The notes: generated by a model not told the origin, from the sequence alone. Shown: positions 1-11,902, counted from the stretch's first letter. The stretch: DNA of 64,000 nucleotides from an uncultured delta proteobacterium (GCA_963796685.1 CAWCMR010000025.1:1536001-1600000); one strand, 5' to 3'. Made by a program: numbers and translations.

Positions 1-228
1 ATGCACCGGCTCGGGCTCGGCGCTTGCCAACCCGTCGCTGGCCGCGAGCCCACGTGCGACGCGAGCCGCGCCGCGACCGTGCCTTCTCGTCTTCTTGGCG
101 GTGGTCGGCGTGCCCGCATCCGCGGCGGGCAGTCGTGGTCCGGCCGTCCTTGGCTGCAGGTGCTGCCAGTAGAAATAGCCGCCGATGCCCAGGCCAGCGA
201 CCAGCAGACCGAGGAAAAATCCCTTCAT
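1..228 (-). CDS. Hypothetical membrane-anchored protein, partial (runs off the window start)
   Basis: ATG at 228 gives MKGFFLGLLVAGLGIGGYFYWQH (N-terminal TM helix); open to position 1. Confidence 0.6.
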   Translation of the reverse strand, partial: MKGFFLGLLVAGLGIGGYFYWQHLQPRTAGPRLPAADAGTPTTAKKTRRHGRGAARVARGLAASDGLASAEPEPVH

Positions 229-296
229 GCCAGCGTGAGCCTACAACGAAGGGAGGCCTCCAGCGAGGTCGCGCTTCACGCGCCGCGAGCGGCCGA

Positions 297-1208
297 CTAT
301 CCGCCGATCCACGCGTGCTCGATGAAGGCCCACACCTGCTGGTGCAAGAACAGGTAGCCGAGGGCGCTGGCGGCCAGAAATGGGCCGAAAGGAACCTCGC
401 TGCGTCTGAGGGACGGCTGGGCGGGCGGCGCCTGCTCTGCGGGCTGCGGCGAATCCGACGCGCCTGGCACGGCTGCATGCTTCCGACGCTGCCCCAGCAA
501 CACCGGGATGCTGACCAGCACGCCGAGGAACGAAGCCGAGAAGACAATCGGAGGCAGCGCCTTCCATCCGAGGAGCGCCCCCATGGCGGCCAGCAGCTTG
601 CCGTCGCCCAGGCCCAGGCCCTCGCGACCCGTGGCGTAGTAATAGGCATCGGCGATGAGGCGCACCACCGCGTATCCGGCGACGGCACCGATGGCGCGCT
701 CGATCCATCCGACTTCTCCGGTGGCGAAGCCGCCCAGGAAGAACACCACCACCGCGGGCAGGGTGATCCGGTCGGGCAAGCGCTTGGTGTCGAGATCGAT
801 GAAGGTCAGCACGACCAGCACGGCCGAAAAGGAGAAGTACACCGTGTAGCGCGCGACGCGCAAGCCGAGCGGCAGTCCGTGTGCATCGAGCGCGAAACAC
901 CACAGCACCAGGACCGAGAGCACGGCGGTCAGCGCTTCGACCAGGGCATGGCGGGCCGAGAACTTGGCCCCGCAGTGCCGGCACCGGCCGCGCAGCAAGA
1001 GGTAGGAGAGGATGGGGATGTTGTCGCGGGCGCGCACCCGGGCGCCGCAGGCGAAGCAGTGCGAGGGCGGCGTCACCACGGACATGCCGCGCGGGATGCG
1101 GGCGATGCAGACGTTGAGAAAGCTGCCCCAGATGGCGCCGAAGGCGGCGGCGGCGAAGAGCGCCGGAATCCTCCAGGCCGCCAGGTAGTCAGCAAGGGGT
1201 GGGTTCAC
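297..1208 (-). CDS. pilD: Prepilin peptidase/N-methyltransferase (A24)
   Basis: GSFLNVCIARIP, two CxxC pairs, IDLD and GLGDGKL aspartate motifs, VPFGPFL C-terminus. Confidence 0.95.
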   Translation of the reverse strand: MNPPLADYLAAWRIPALFAAAAFGAIWGSFLNVCIARIPRGMSVVTPPSHCFACGARVRARDNIPILSYLLLRGRCRHCGAKFSARHALVEALTAVLSVLVLWCFALDAHGLPLGLRVARYTVYFSFSAVLVVLTFIDLDTKRLPDRITLPAVVVFFLGGFATGEVGWIERAIGAVAGYAVVRLIADAYYYATGREGLGLGDGKLLAAMGALLGWKALPPIVFSASFLGVLVSIPVLLGQRRKHAAVPGASDSPQPAEQAPPAQPSLRRSEVPFGPFLAASALGYLFLHQQVWAFIEHAWIGG

Positions 1209-1250
1209 GGCTAGACGGTATCATTTGGTGGTAGATTTCGCCGCACATCG

Positions 1251-2138
1251 ATGCGGGCTTTGCCGTCCTTCACGTTTTTCATGCTTCTGGTCGCGGCCTT
1301 GGTCGTCGCGCCCTCCGGCTGTGGCCGGAAAAAGGCAGCCGTCGCGAGCAGCGCACTCGAGACCTTGGATCGCGCCCTGGGACCGGGGGAATTCGCCGCG
1401 GCCTTGCGCAAGGCCGGGGGAGGTCACTACCACGCCACGGCGCTCTTCCACGTCGATGCCACGGGCAAGGCCGCCCCCGGCGACGCCGCGAAGCCGGCAT
1501 CGCCGTCGGCCATCACCACCACGACCGACCTGTGGATGGACAGGCAGGGCGATTTTCGCTTGGTGGAAAGCAACGACCAGGACGGGGGACGAGAAATCGT
1601 GCGCGTGGGTGGCGAGGTCGCCGTGGCTTTGCGCTACGGCAAGATGATCCGGCGGGCCGCGCAGGATGCCGAGGACACGCGCTTTCTCTCCGAGGCACTG
1701 GGCGCGCCGTGGGCCGCGTGGGAGCTCGTTCGCCGCCAGGTCGAGTCGGACGAAGCGGGCCAAGGTGCCTATCGCCTGCGGCTGGGCGGCCGTCTCGCCG
1801 AGCTGCCTTTGGGATTTCCACCCGCGCAGGGCTTGCGCAAGTGGCGCGACACGATCGTCGTGAAGACGCTCGAAGGTCAGGCGACGTTGGACGGTGGTAG
1901 CCACATGCCCCTTGCCTTCGCGTGCAAGACAACCTTTCAAGCCGTGCGCGATCAGGTCCCCGTCGCCGGCGAGGCGAGTGTCTCGGCCGTGCTCGACCAG
2001 GTGGGCAAGGTGGCGGACATCGCTCTGCCCGAGACCGAGCCCTTGCACGTTCGCCAGCGCACCATCCTCGAGGAGCGCGCCTTGCTGAGCGGTCTCGGCG
2101 CGGTGCTCGCGCCAACGGGCAAGAAACCGGTGCCATGA
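1251..2138 (+). CDS. Hypothetical lipoprotein
   Basis: Signal peptide ending APSG-C; 295-aa ORF; stop overlaps the next start (ATGA). Confidence 0.7.
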   Translation: MRALPSFTFFMLLVAALVVAPSGCGRKKAAVASSALETLDRALGPGEFAAALRKAGGGHYHATALFHVDATGKAAPGDAAKPASPSAITTTTDLWMDRQGDFRLVESNDQDGGREIVRVGGEVAVALRYGKMIRRAAQDAEDTRFLSEALGAPWAAWELVRRQVESDEAGQGAYRLRLGGRLAELPLGFPPAQGLRKWRDTIVVKTLEGQATLDGGSHMPLAFACKTTFQAVRDQVPVAGEASVSAVLDQVGKVADIALPETEPLHVRQRTILEERALLSGLGAVLAPTGKKPVP

Positions 2139-2941
2139 ATCGTGACAGTCGCGTGACCGAGGTTCACGCCGAGCCCGTGGTCGCCCACGATCCGGAGCAG
2201 CTCGCCCACCTTTCGCTCCATCGCGGGCTTATCGTGCGGCGGGCGCTGCTGGCGAGTGCCATTCGCGGGTTTCTGCCCCTGCCCATGGTCGACGATCTGC
2301 TGGCCGGCCGCGTGCGCGCCGGGTTGTACGCCAAGGTGGCGGCGGGCCGCCAGGTGGATCTTCCGCCCGCCTCGGCCGCGGTCCTGGGCGAGGTCCAGGG
2401 TCGGGGCGCGGTCGCCAAACTGACGGTGACGGCTGCGGCGGCCGTGATCGCCCGGTTCGCGGGGCGGAAATTTCTGGCGCTGCTCGCCGCAGGCCGCAGC
2501 GCCGACGACATGGCGCACACCTACTACAGCGCCATGCTCTTCGATCACTACTGCGCCAAGCTGCACGTGGGCGGCGAAATCAGCACAACTCAAGCGGAAC
2601 GCCTGCGGGCGTGCCTGGACGTGAAGGACTCCGACATCTCGCTCGGTCCGGCGCGCGCCGCGTTCGGCGAGGGAAGCCGCATCCTGGGGCGCTCGTTGCT
2701 GGAAGCCCCGCGCTGGGTTTCCCGGCGAATCGCCGTCTTGGGCGAGCGCTTCGTCCACAGCGGGGGCAATCCCGACGTGCTCGATGCGTTTCCCGAAGAG
2801 CAGGGCGGGGAAACCGCCTGGCTGGACCGCGCCGCCCGTGCCGTCGAGGAGGCCTTGACCCGGGCGGGCAACGAGCACCTGACCCGTCTCGTGCACGCCT
2901 TCGAGGAGCGATGGAAGGCAAAAAGAACGAGCGCCGATTGA
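2135..2941 (+). CDS. Hypothetical protein
   Basis: ATG at 2135 coupled to the upstream stop; GC3-biased frame. Confidence 0.65.
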   Translation: MNRDSRVTEVHAEPVVAHDPEQLAHLSLHRGLIVRRALLASAIRGFLPLPMVDDLLAGRVRAGLYAKVAAGRQVDLPPASAAVLGEVQGRGAVAKLTVTAAAAVIARFAGRKFLALLAAGRSADDMAHTYYSAMLFDHYCAKLHVGGEISTTQAERLRACLDVKDSDISLGPARAAFGEGSRILGRSLLEAPRWVSRRIAVLGERFVHSGGNPDVLDAFPEEQGGETAWLDRAARAVEEALTRAGNEHLTRLVHAFEERWKAKRTSAD

Positions 2942-2975
2942 GGAGCGCCTTACGCTTTGGTACCATGGAGCCTAC

Positions 2976-3566
2976 GTGACGAAAAAGAAGATCCCCCAGC
3001 CCACCGCCAAACGCCGTAAGACCATCAAGCCAATTGCCGCAGGCAAGAAGAAGATCGCGGGCAAGGGAGCGAAGGTCAAAGGGGGAGCCAAGGGCAAGAA
3101 ACCCGTTGCCCGGCGGGCACGCGAGGTGGTCTCGCCTTTGCCGACCATGCGACCGGCCGACGAACGCGAGCGACGCGAGTCCCTGGCCTCGGCCAAGGCC
3201 GTCATCACGGCGGCGCTGGAGAAGAAGGCCGTCGAGCCCGTGCTCATCGACGTGTGCGGCCGTTCCAGCTACGCGGACTTCATCGCGGTGGTCAGCGGGC
3301 GCAGCGATCGCCAGGTCGATGCCATCGCGGATGGTATCTGCGACGCCATGTCCGCGCGTGGACGCCGTCCCATCGGGCGCGAGGGCGCGCGCAACGGGCG
3401 TTGGGTGCTCATCGATTTCGCCGACGTGGTGGTCCACGTCTTCTACCATCCGCTGCGCGAGGTCTTCGACATCGAGAGCCTGTGGATCGACGCGCCTCGG
3501 ATCAAGTTGCAGATCCCCGCAGAGGCGCGCGCCGACGCGGCGCCGAGCCGCGACAGCCCGACGTGA
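2976..3566 (+). CDS. rsfS: Ribosome silencing factor with Lys-rich N-terminal extension
   Basis: EKKA, ADFIAVVSGRSDRQVDAIAD, WVLIDFADVVVHVF, FDIESLW motifs. Confidence 0.93.
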   Translation: MTKKKIPQPTAKRRKTIKPIAAGKKKIAGKGAKVKGGAKGKKPVARRAREVVSPLPTMRPADERERRESLASAKAVITAALEKKAVEPVLIDVCGRSSYADFIAVVSGRSDRQVDAIADGICDAMSARGRRPIGREGARNGRWVLIDFADVVVHVFYHPLREVFDIESLWIDAPRIKLQIPAEARADAAPSRDSPT

Positions 3567-3985
3567 AGATCCTGATCCGCGCCGTCGGCAAGATGCGGGA
3601 CCGGCGGCTCGAGTCCGTGTGCGAGGAGTACTGCGCGCGCATTCGCCGTCACTTGCCGATCGAGATTGGCGAGGTCGAGGGGGACGAGGCGCTCTTGCGC
3701 GGCTTGCCGGCGGGGGCCGAGATCGTCGCGCTGGAGCCAGGCGGCGACGCCTGGACGACGAGCGCCTTTTCCCAGTACCTCGAAAAGCGCATGGTGCAGG
3801 GAACGCGGGCCATCGCGTTTCTCATCGGCGGCGCCGACGGCCTGGCCGCAGGCACCGTCGGCAAGTGCCAGCGCCGGCTCTCGCTTTCGCCGCTGACCCT
3901 GCCGCACCGACTGGCGCGCGTGCTCTTGTGCGAGCAGATCTACCGCGCCATCTCGATCATTCGCGGCGAACCGTATAGTCGTTGA
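3563..3985 (+). CDS. rlmH: 23S rRNA pseudouridine-1915 N3-methyltransferase
   Basis: GTG at 3563; FLIGGADG, LSLSPLTLPHRLARVLLCEQIYRA...GEPY; follows rsfS as usual. Confidence 0.93.
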   Translation: MKILIRAVGKMRDRRLESVCEEYCARIRRHLPIEIGEVEGDEALLRGLPAGAEIVALEPGGDAWTTSAFSQYLEKRMVQGTRAIAFLIGGADGLAAGTVGKCQRRLSLSPLTLPHRLARVLLCEQIYRAISIIRGEPYSR

Positions 3986-3986
3986 G

Positions 3987-4230
3987 ATGGGAACCCTCAA
4001 AGGGTTCCCAAACCCTCCCGCGCTCTGGCGGAGCCAGGCGAGGGCGAGGGCGAAGCCCGAGGTGGAGGTAGGGTGGGCAGGCGGGTCCCGAGGCCCGGCT
4101 CCGCCAACGCGGAAGATGGGAACTCCCCCTGAAACCACCTCTGAAACACCTCGCCCCGCGCAGCGGGGAGAGGTCGCCGAGCGCAGCGAGGCGGGTGAGG
4201 GGTAGTCACCTTTCACGCCAGAAGGATCCG
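3987..4230. repeat. Composite REP/MITE-like element leading into the tandem array
   Basis: Hairpin GGGAACCCT...AGGGTTCCC and later blocks are shared with 48610-48863. Confidence 0.7.
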
Positions 4231-4778
4231 GTTCTCGCTCCTCACCTTGTGGTGCCCCTCACCCTGTCCCTCTCCCCGGCTGACGCCGGGGCGAGGGGAC
4301 CTGCCTGTTGGATCCCTCCACGAGGACGCGATCTTGTGGAACCGCCCGAACGCCGTCTCGTGCCGAGCGCAGCGAGGCGGGTGAGGGGTAGTCACCTTTC
4401 ACGCCAGAAGGATCCGGTTCTCGCTCCTCACCTTGTGGTGCCCCTCACCCTGTCCCTCTCCCCGGCTGACGCCGGGGCGAGGGGACCTGCCTGTTGGATC
4501 CCTCCACGAGGACGCGATCTTGTGGAACCGCCCGAACGCCGTCTCGTGCCGAGCGCAGCGAGGCGGGTGAGGGGTAGTCACCTTTCACGCCAGAAGGATC
4601 CGGTTCTCGCTCCTCACCTTGTGGTGCCCCTCACCCTGTCCCTCTCCCCGGCTGACGCCGGGGCGAGGGGACCTGCCTGTTGGATTCCTCCACGAGGACG
4701 CGATCTTGTGGAACCGCCCGAACGCCGTCTCGTGCCGAGCGCAGCGAGGCGGGTGAGCATCTGTGTTCCTAGTCAAGG

Positions 4779-6023
<1,245 letters not shown>

Positions 6024-7396
6024 TCACGCCAGAAGGATCCGGTTCTCGCTCCTCACCTTGTGGTGCCCCTCACCCTGTCCCTCTCCCCGGCTGACGCCGG
6101 GGCGAGGGGACCTGCCTGTTGGATTCCTCCACGAGGACGCGATCTTGTGGAACCGCCCGAACGCCGTCTCGTGCCGAGCGCAGCGAGGCGGGTGAGGGGT
6201 AGTCACCTTTCACGCCAGAAGGATCCGGTTCTCGCTCCTCACCTTGTGGTGCCCCTCACCCTGTCCCTCTCCCCGGCTGACGCCGGGGCGAGGGGACCTG
6301 CCTGTTGGATCCCTCCACGAGGACGCGATCTTGTGGAACCGCCCGAACGCCGTCTCGTGCCGAGCGCAGCGAGGCGGGTGAGGGGTAGTCACCTTTCACG
6401 CCAGAAGGATCCGGTTCTCGCTCCTCACCTTGTGGTGCCCCTCACCCTGTCCCTCTCCCCGGCTGACGCCGGGGCGAGGGGACCTGCCTGTTGGATTCCT
6501 CCACGAGGACGCGATCTTGTGGAACCGCCCGAACGCCGTCTCGTGCCGAGCGCAGCGAGGCGGGTGAGGGGTAGTCACCTTTCACGCCAGAAGGATCCGG
6601 TTCTCGCTCCTCACCTTGTGGTGCCCCTCACCCTGTCCCTCTCCCCGGCTGACGCCGGGGCGAGGGGACCTGCCTGTTGGATTCCTCCACGAGGACGCGA
6701 TCTTGTGGAACCGCCCGAACGCCGTCTCGTGCCGAGCGCAGCGAGGCGGGTGAGGGGTAGTCACCTTTCACGCCAGAAGGATCCGGTTCTCGCTCCTCAC
6801 CTTGTGGTGCCCCTCACCCTGTCCCTCTCCCCGGCTGACGCCGGGGCGAGGGGACCTGCCTGTTGGATTCCTCCACGAGGACGCAATCTTGTGGAACCGC
6901 CCGAACGCCGTCTCGTGCCGAGCGCAGCGAGGCGGGTGAGGGGTAGTCACCTTTCACGCCAGAAGGATCCGGTTCTCGCTCCTCACCTTGTGGTGCCCCT
7001 CACCCTGTCCCTCTCCCCGGCTGACGCCGGGGCGAGGGGACCTGCCTGTTGGATCCCTCCACGAGGACGCGATTTTGTGGAACCGCCCGAACGCCGTCTC
7101 GTGCCGAGCGCAGCGAGGCGGGTGAGGGGTAGTCACCTTTCACGCCAGAAGGCTCCGGTTCTCGCTCCTCACCTGAAGCACCTCGCGCTGCGAAGCGGGG
7201 AATGTCCCGGCTGACGCCGGGGCGAGGGGACCTGCCTGTTGGATCCCTCCACGAGGACGCGATCTTGTGGAATCGTTCGAACGCCCCTCGCGCCGAGCGC
7301 AGCGAGGCGGGCAAGGGCACGGTCTGTCGTGCCGTCGAATCTTGTCGTGCTCCTTCGCCTTTGGGGGCGAGCGTAGCCCAGCTTTGCTGGGCGAAG

Positions 7397-9471
7397 GTGC
7401 GTCCGGCATGGACGCAGAACAAGAGGTGAAGCCATGAAATAGCCAAGTCCTCTGGGGACCCTGACGGAGGGAACCTCCCACCTACGAGACAAGGGCGCCG
7501 GTCTGGAGCACCAGGCCAGACGGGCCGCAAGGCCCGTCTCCCGCGAGGAGGTGTCTGGTGGAAGTCTATGGTGCAGCGCCGAACCGAACGAAAGTGAAGC
7601 GCCGTAAGGCGTGGGTACCGCTGGGCAAGCTGGCCTTCGGCGGCAAAGCCCAATATTCGTCGGGCGGCCCGCGTAGTGGCGACGGAGTCGGTGCGAAGTT
7701 CTGCGTTCTTACCCGGAGAGACCTCTTGGCCTCCGCGGCGAGGAATCGCAAGCGGAATTCATCGAGAACGAAAGGACGAGATGAAGAAGGGACAAGAGGA
7801 GTCGGATGGTCGCGTAATACCGGAAGGCCGGCGAAAGCCGGTTCCAACCGCCAGAAGGCGGGGAGGGAAGGCGACCACGGCCAGCAAAGAGGCAAGGCAG
7901 CTCGGACTGTTTCCCGAGACAGCCGACAACCCGAAAGGGACCACCGCCCAAGCGGATCCGGGCCAACCCGTGCCTGCGCGGAGCGAGGTGCCGAAGTCGG
8001 GGAACGAGGAAGAGAGGACCTTGCCGCCCATGACGATGGAGGAGGTAGCGAGCGAAGGAAACCTGAAAAGAGCGTTCGAGCAAGTGAAGGCCAACAAAGG
8101 CGCACCTGGACCGGACCGGCAAAGCGTGGGGGAAGTGGCGAAGGGGTTGGGGACGCTGATACCGGCGCTGTCGCGGTCGCTGCTCGACGGGACATACCGA
8201 GTCGGAGACATCCGGCGGGTATGGATACCGAAGAGCGGTGGCGGGCGGCGGGGCCTTGGCATACCGAACGTGGTGGACCGCGTGGTTCAGCAGGCCGTGC
8301 ACCAAGTGCTCGGTCCGCATTATGAGCCGACGTTTCACCCGTCGAGCCACGGTTTCCGACCTGGGCGCAGCTGTCACACGGCCATCGCCGAGGCCAAGCA
8401 GTATCTGGAGGAAGGGTACGAATGGGTGGTCGACCTCGACCTGGAAAAGTTCTTTGACTGGGTCCACTGGCAACGGCTGGTGGCGCGGCTAGAACAGAGG
8501 GTTAAGGACCGGCGGCTCATCGAGCTCATCTGGCAGATGCTGAAAGCCAAGGTGGTGATGCCCGACGGAGTGGTGGTGGCGACGGAAGAAGGAGTGCCAC
8601 AAGGTGGTCCGCTTTCGCCGTTACTGAGCAATATCGTGCTGGACGAGCTCGACCGCGAGCTTGCCCAACGCGGTCACCGCTTCGTGCGCTATGCGGACGA
8701 CTGCAACATCTACGTCGGAAGCGAGCGCTCGGGTCAGCGTGTGATGGCCAGCGTGGTCAAGTTCATCGAAGGCCGGATGCGGTTGAAGGTGAACTTGGCC
8801 AAGAGCGCGGTGGCCCGACCGGAAGAGCGGCACTTTCTGGGATTCCGGCTGCGGCGCGAGCCGCTGACGGGGGAAGCGGAGGTGCTGCTGTCGGCGCGGA
8901 GCAAAAGCCGCATTGACGAGAAGGTCCGAGAGCTGACGCCGCGAAACCTTGGGCAGTCCCTCAAGGGCTGCATCAAACAGGTCAACGCGTATTTGCTCGG
9001 ATGGATCGGCTTCTTCTGTATCTGCACGGCCGCGGAAGAGCGGACGCTGCAGGCACTCGACGCACACATCAGGCGGCGGCTGCGAGCGATAGTGCTACGG
9101 CACTGGAAACGCAGACGCTTCATCGCACGACACCTCATCAGCCTGGGGGTGAGACCGAAAACCGCGTGGCAAGGGGTCTACAAGGGGCATCGCTCCTGGT
9201 GGGCGCTGAGCCACACATCGGTAGTTGAACGAGGACTGCGCAACGCATATTTTGCCGAACGCGGGCTTGTCAGCCTGGCCGAGCGGTGGAAGGACCATCA
9301 CGCCTTGGACTTCATGGACCCGGCCCTGGAGCCAGGATAGCTGCGGGCAGCAATGCCGGCGCTGGACTACGGGTCGCTCCCGAACGCCAGCGTCCCGAAG
9401 AGCCGGATGTGAGGCCCACAAGTCCGGTTCTGTGAGAGCTGGGGGAGGGTAACCTCCCCTGGCTACTCGAC
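7397..9471 (+). mobile_element. Group IIC intron, complete
   Basis: 5' GTGCGTCCGGCATGGACGCA; DV-DVI at 9399-9471 ending CTCGAC; inserted just after hairpin GCCCAGC-TTT-GCTGGGC; the empty site is seen at 5953/5954. Confidence 0.93.
7781..9340 (+). CDS. ltrA: Group II intron reverse transcriptase/maturase without En domain (start may be 8030)
   Basis: NKGAPGPD, IPKSGGGRRGLGIP, GFRPGRS, GVPQGGPLSPLL, RYADDCNIYV, FLGF; class C-like sequence. Confidence 0.93.
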   Translation: MKKGQEESDGRVIPEGRRKPVPTARRRGGKATTASKEARQLGLFPETADNPKGTTAQADPGQPVPARSEVPKSGNEEERTLPPMTMEEVASEGNLKRAFEQVKANKGAPGPDRQSVGEVAKGLGTLIPALSRSLLDGTYRVGDIRRVWIPKSGGGRRGLGIPNVVDRVVQQAVHQVLGPHYEPTFHPSSHGFRPGRSCHTAIAEAKQYLEEGYEWVVDLDLEKFFDWVHWQRLVARLEQRVKDRRLIELIWQMLKAKVVMPDGVVVATEEGVPQGGPLSPLLSNIVLDELDRELAQRGHRFVRYADDCNIYVGSERSGQRVMASVVKFIEGRMRLKVNLAKSAVARPEERHFLGFRLRREPLTGEAEVLLSARSKSRIDEKVRELTPRNLGQSLKGCIKQVNAYLLGWIGFFCICTAAEERTLQALDAHIRRRLRAIVLRHWKRRRFIARHLISLGVRPKTAWQGVYKGHRSWWALSHTSVVERGLRNAYFAERGLVSLAERWKDHHALDFMDPALEPG

Positions 9472-9574
9472 CGAGGGGGGACCGGGGGACTGCGAGCGAG
9501 AGCGAGCCAGTCCCCCGTAAGATACAAGGGGTTCCCGTCAACCGCCGGGGGAACCTGCGCTAGACTGACATCCG

Positions 9575-10099
9575 ATGAGCATCGGCAAGCGACTTTTCAA
9601 TCTGGCGAAATCGGAGCTGAATTCGCTTCTCGATCGCGCCGTCGAGGCGGAGCAGGTGGTGGCCCCTGGCCGCGATCCCGACGAGGATCTGTACCGCCGC
9701 TTCAGCCTGGACGAGCTCACCGACAAAGAGCTGGAGGCCGAAATCGAACGGCGCCATCGCGAGCGGGCGAAGGCCGCTGCGAGCCGCTCCCGTCCCGCTG
9801 GCAAGCCGGCGGCCGGGGCACCAGCCTCGGACAAGCCCGGGCCGGACAACGCCCGCGCGTCCAATGGCACTCAGGCGCGCAAGCCCTCGCCTGACGACGA
9901 GCTTCGGCGTGCCTACGCGGCCCTTGAAGTCCCGTTCGGCTCCGACTTCGCGACGGTTCGCAAGTCGTACCGGGTGCTCATGCGCAAGTACCACCCCGAC
10001 CGGCACGCCAGCTCGCCCGAGAAACAGAAGGCCGCCACCGAGCTGGCGCAGAAACTCTCGGCGGCCTACCAGCTCATCGAGCAGCACGCGCGCAAGTGA
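9575..10099 (+). CDS. J-domain (DnaJ-like) protein
   Basis: C-terminal AYAALEV...KYHPDRH...AAYQLI. Confidence 0.88.
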   Translation: MSIGKRLFNLAKSELNSLLDRAVEAEQVVAPGRDPDEDLYRRFSLDELTDKELEAEIERRHRERAKAAASRSRPAGKPAAGAPASDKPGPDNARASNGTQARKPSPDDELRRAYAALEVPFGSDFATVRKSYRVLMRKYHPDRHASSPEKQKAATELAQKLSAAYQLIEQHARK

Positions 10100-10165
10100 C
10101 CGGCAGGGCGGAAATCCGCCTTACCCCTATCGAGGGGCCGGGGCTATGATGCAGGCGGGGCATGG

Positions 10166-11206
10166 GTGAAGAACATTTCGACTTGGACGAGTAACGCCGA
10201 CATGCTGACAAGACGACACCTGCCGCGCAACGTCTACACCATTGCGATTTGCGTGTGCGTGGGCTGCATGGGCTATCGCACCCCGATGAACGCTTCCAAG
10301 GGGAAAGCGACACCCGGAGCTTCACCAACCGATGCAGGTGCCAATGTTGCCTCCCCGGATTCGTCTCTCGACCTCGCCGCCGACGCGTCACCTGATCGAG
10401 GTCGGGACACGTCGCGTGACCTGGCTGCGGATCTTCCACCTGATCGTGTCCCGGACTCGCCCCGCAACGACACGCGGGTTTTCACCGGTTGCACCTCCGG
10501 CGACCCGTACATCTTGGTTCTTGGCTCGGATGACGTCTTGTACCGATTCGCTCCCGACACGATCGCGCTCACTCGCATTGCCAGTGTGTCTTGCGGCACC
10601 CAGGCTCTGAACTCGCTGACAGTTTCTCCACGCGGGCCAGCGTACATCTCGAGCCATTCCGGGCAGCTGTGCGTGGTCGATTTGGCGACCTTCACGGCCG
10701 CGCTCACCAGTTTCGATCCGTCGGTGATCCAGAATAGCCGCTACGGCATGGCGCTCTTGCCAGACAACGTACCGGCGGGACAAACGCTTTACATCGTTAC
10801 CAACACGAGCAGCGGTCAGGCCAACAACCTTTCCCACATCGACTTGTCGAATTTCTGGCTGACGACCGTTGGTCCCATAATGCCCGCTCTGCCCGCCATC
10901 GAGCTGACCGCCGGTCCGAATGGCGAGCTGTACGCCTTTTCCCCCGGTACCGTGACCTCCCAGCTCCTCACCATCGACCCCAGCACCGCCATGGCCATCG
11001 ACGTGACCGACGTTCCCGCAGGCTATAGCCACCCGTCCTTCGCCCTGGTCAACTGGCAGGGGGACTTCTATCTGTTCCTTGGCGATGGCTCCAACATCCT
11101 CGGCAACGCCAATGTCTTCCACTACCACAAGGGCGACACGCAGGTCACCCTGGTGGGCGGCCTCGACCGGACCATCATCGGCGCGGGCGTGGCCCTTTGC
11201 CAGTAG
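10166..11206 (+). CDS. Putative secreted/lipoprotein, beta-rich (possible propeller)
   Basis: Signal-like segment with Cys, low-complexity Asp/Pro linker, C-terminal IIGAGVALC. Confidence 0.65.
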   Translation: MKNISTWTSNADMLTRRHLPRNVYTIAICVCVGCMGYRTPMNASKGKATPGASPTDAGANVASPDSSLDLAADASPDRGRDTSRDLAADLPPDRVPDSPRNDTRVFTGCTSGDPYILVLGSDDVLYRFAPDTIALTRIASVSCGTQALNSLTVSPRGPAYISSHSGQLCVVDLATFTAALTSFDPSVIQNSRYGMALLPDNVPAGQTLYIVTNTSSGQANNLSHIDLSNFWLTTVGPIMPALPAIELTAGPNGELYAFSPGTVTSQLLTIDPSTAMAIDVTDVPAGYSHPSFALVNWQGDFYLFLGDGSNILGNANVFHYHKGDTQVTLVGGLDRTIIGAGVALCQ

Positions 11207-11312
11207 GCGCTTGGACGAGAAGGCCATGGTAGCTTCCGCGCATGGACTTCGACAATCAGGTGGGCCCATTCCCGCGCGGATCGCGGACGAGTTGTGAGAC
11301 CTTCGACAGGCA

Positions 11313-11792
11313 TTGCCGATGCTAGGGACAGGCTTGAAGGAATTGATTCCGCTGCTGCAGGTGGCGGTCGGACCGGTGATCTTGATCTCCGGCGTCGGGC
11401 TCTTGCTGCTCTCGCTCACCAACCGATTCGGACGCGCGGTGGATCGTTCGCGCCAGCTCATCCACGAGATGCGCGAGGTAGGCGAGCCCGACCGACGACA
11501 CCTGCGAAGCCAAGTCGAGATTCTCTATCGCAGAGCGCGCCTCATCCAGATCTCCATCATTCTCGGCGCCACCAGCGTGCTGTTCGCGGCCCTGCTCATC
11601 GTTACGCTCTTCTTCACCGCGCTGATGAAATGGGAATCGGCCGTCATTCTCGGCCTCCTGGTCAGCCTGTTCTTCATAGCCTGCCTGCTCACGCTCATCG
11701 GATCCATCGTGACCTTCATCGTGGACATCCACCTGTCCCTGAAAGCCCTCAAGTTGGAAATGGGCCACGAGAAGCCCGGCGCGGCGGCGTAG
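11313..11792 (+). CDS. DUF2721-like membrane protein
   Basis: PVILISGVGLLLLSLTNRFGRAVDRSR motif; 3 TM helices. Confidence 0.8.
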   Translation: MPMLGTGLKELIPLLQVAVGPVILISGVGLLLLSLTNRFGRAVDRSRQLIHEMREVGEPDRRHLRSQVEILYRRARLIQISIILGATSVLFAALLIVTLFFTALMKWESAVILGLLVSLFFIACLLTLIGSIVTFIVDIHLSLKALKLEMGHEKPGAAA

Positions 11793-11902
11793 CACCCGCT
11801 GCAGGCGAAGAAGGGGAGGTCAGCCGGACCTGCTGCCACGGCTACGACGAGGATCTTCGCTGCTTGACTACCTGAGGTACACTCTTTCGGCAGGTGCCGC
11901 TC

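Larger units (their letters stand above)
7314..9528 (-). mobile_element. Truncated IS110 left-end remnant (7314-7396 plus 9472-9528), interrupted by a group II intron
   Basis: Joined halves match 5872-6010 closely and end in the same ...GATACAAG terminus. Confidence 0.85.

Noticed and set aside
6060-7214. 384-aa repeat protein and the repeated 60-aa minus-strand ORFs
   Set aside because: By-products of a GC-rich 186-bp unit divisible by 3; no RBS or convincing start
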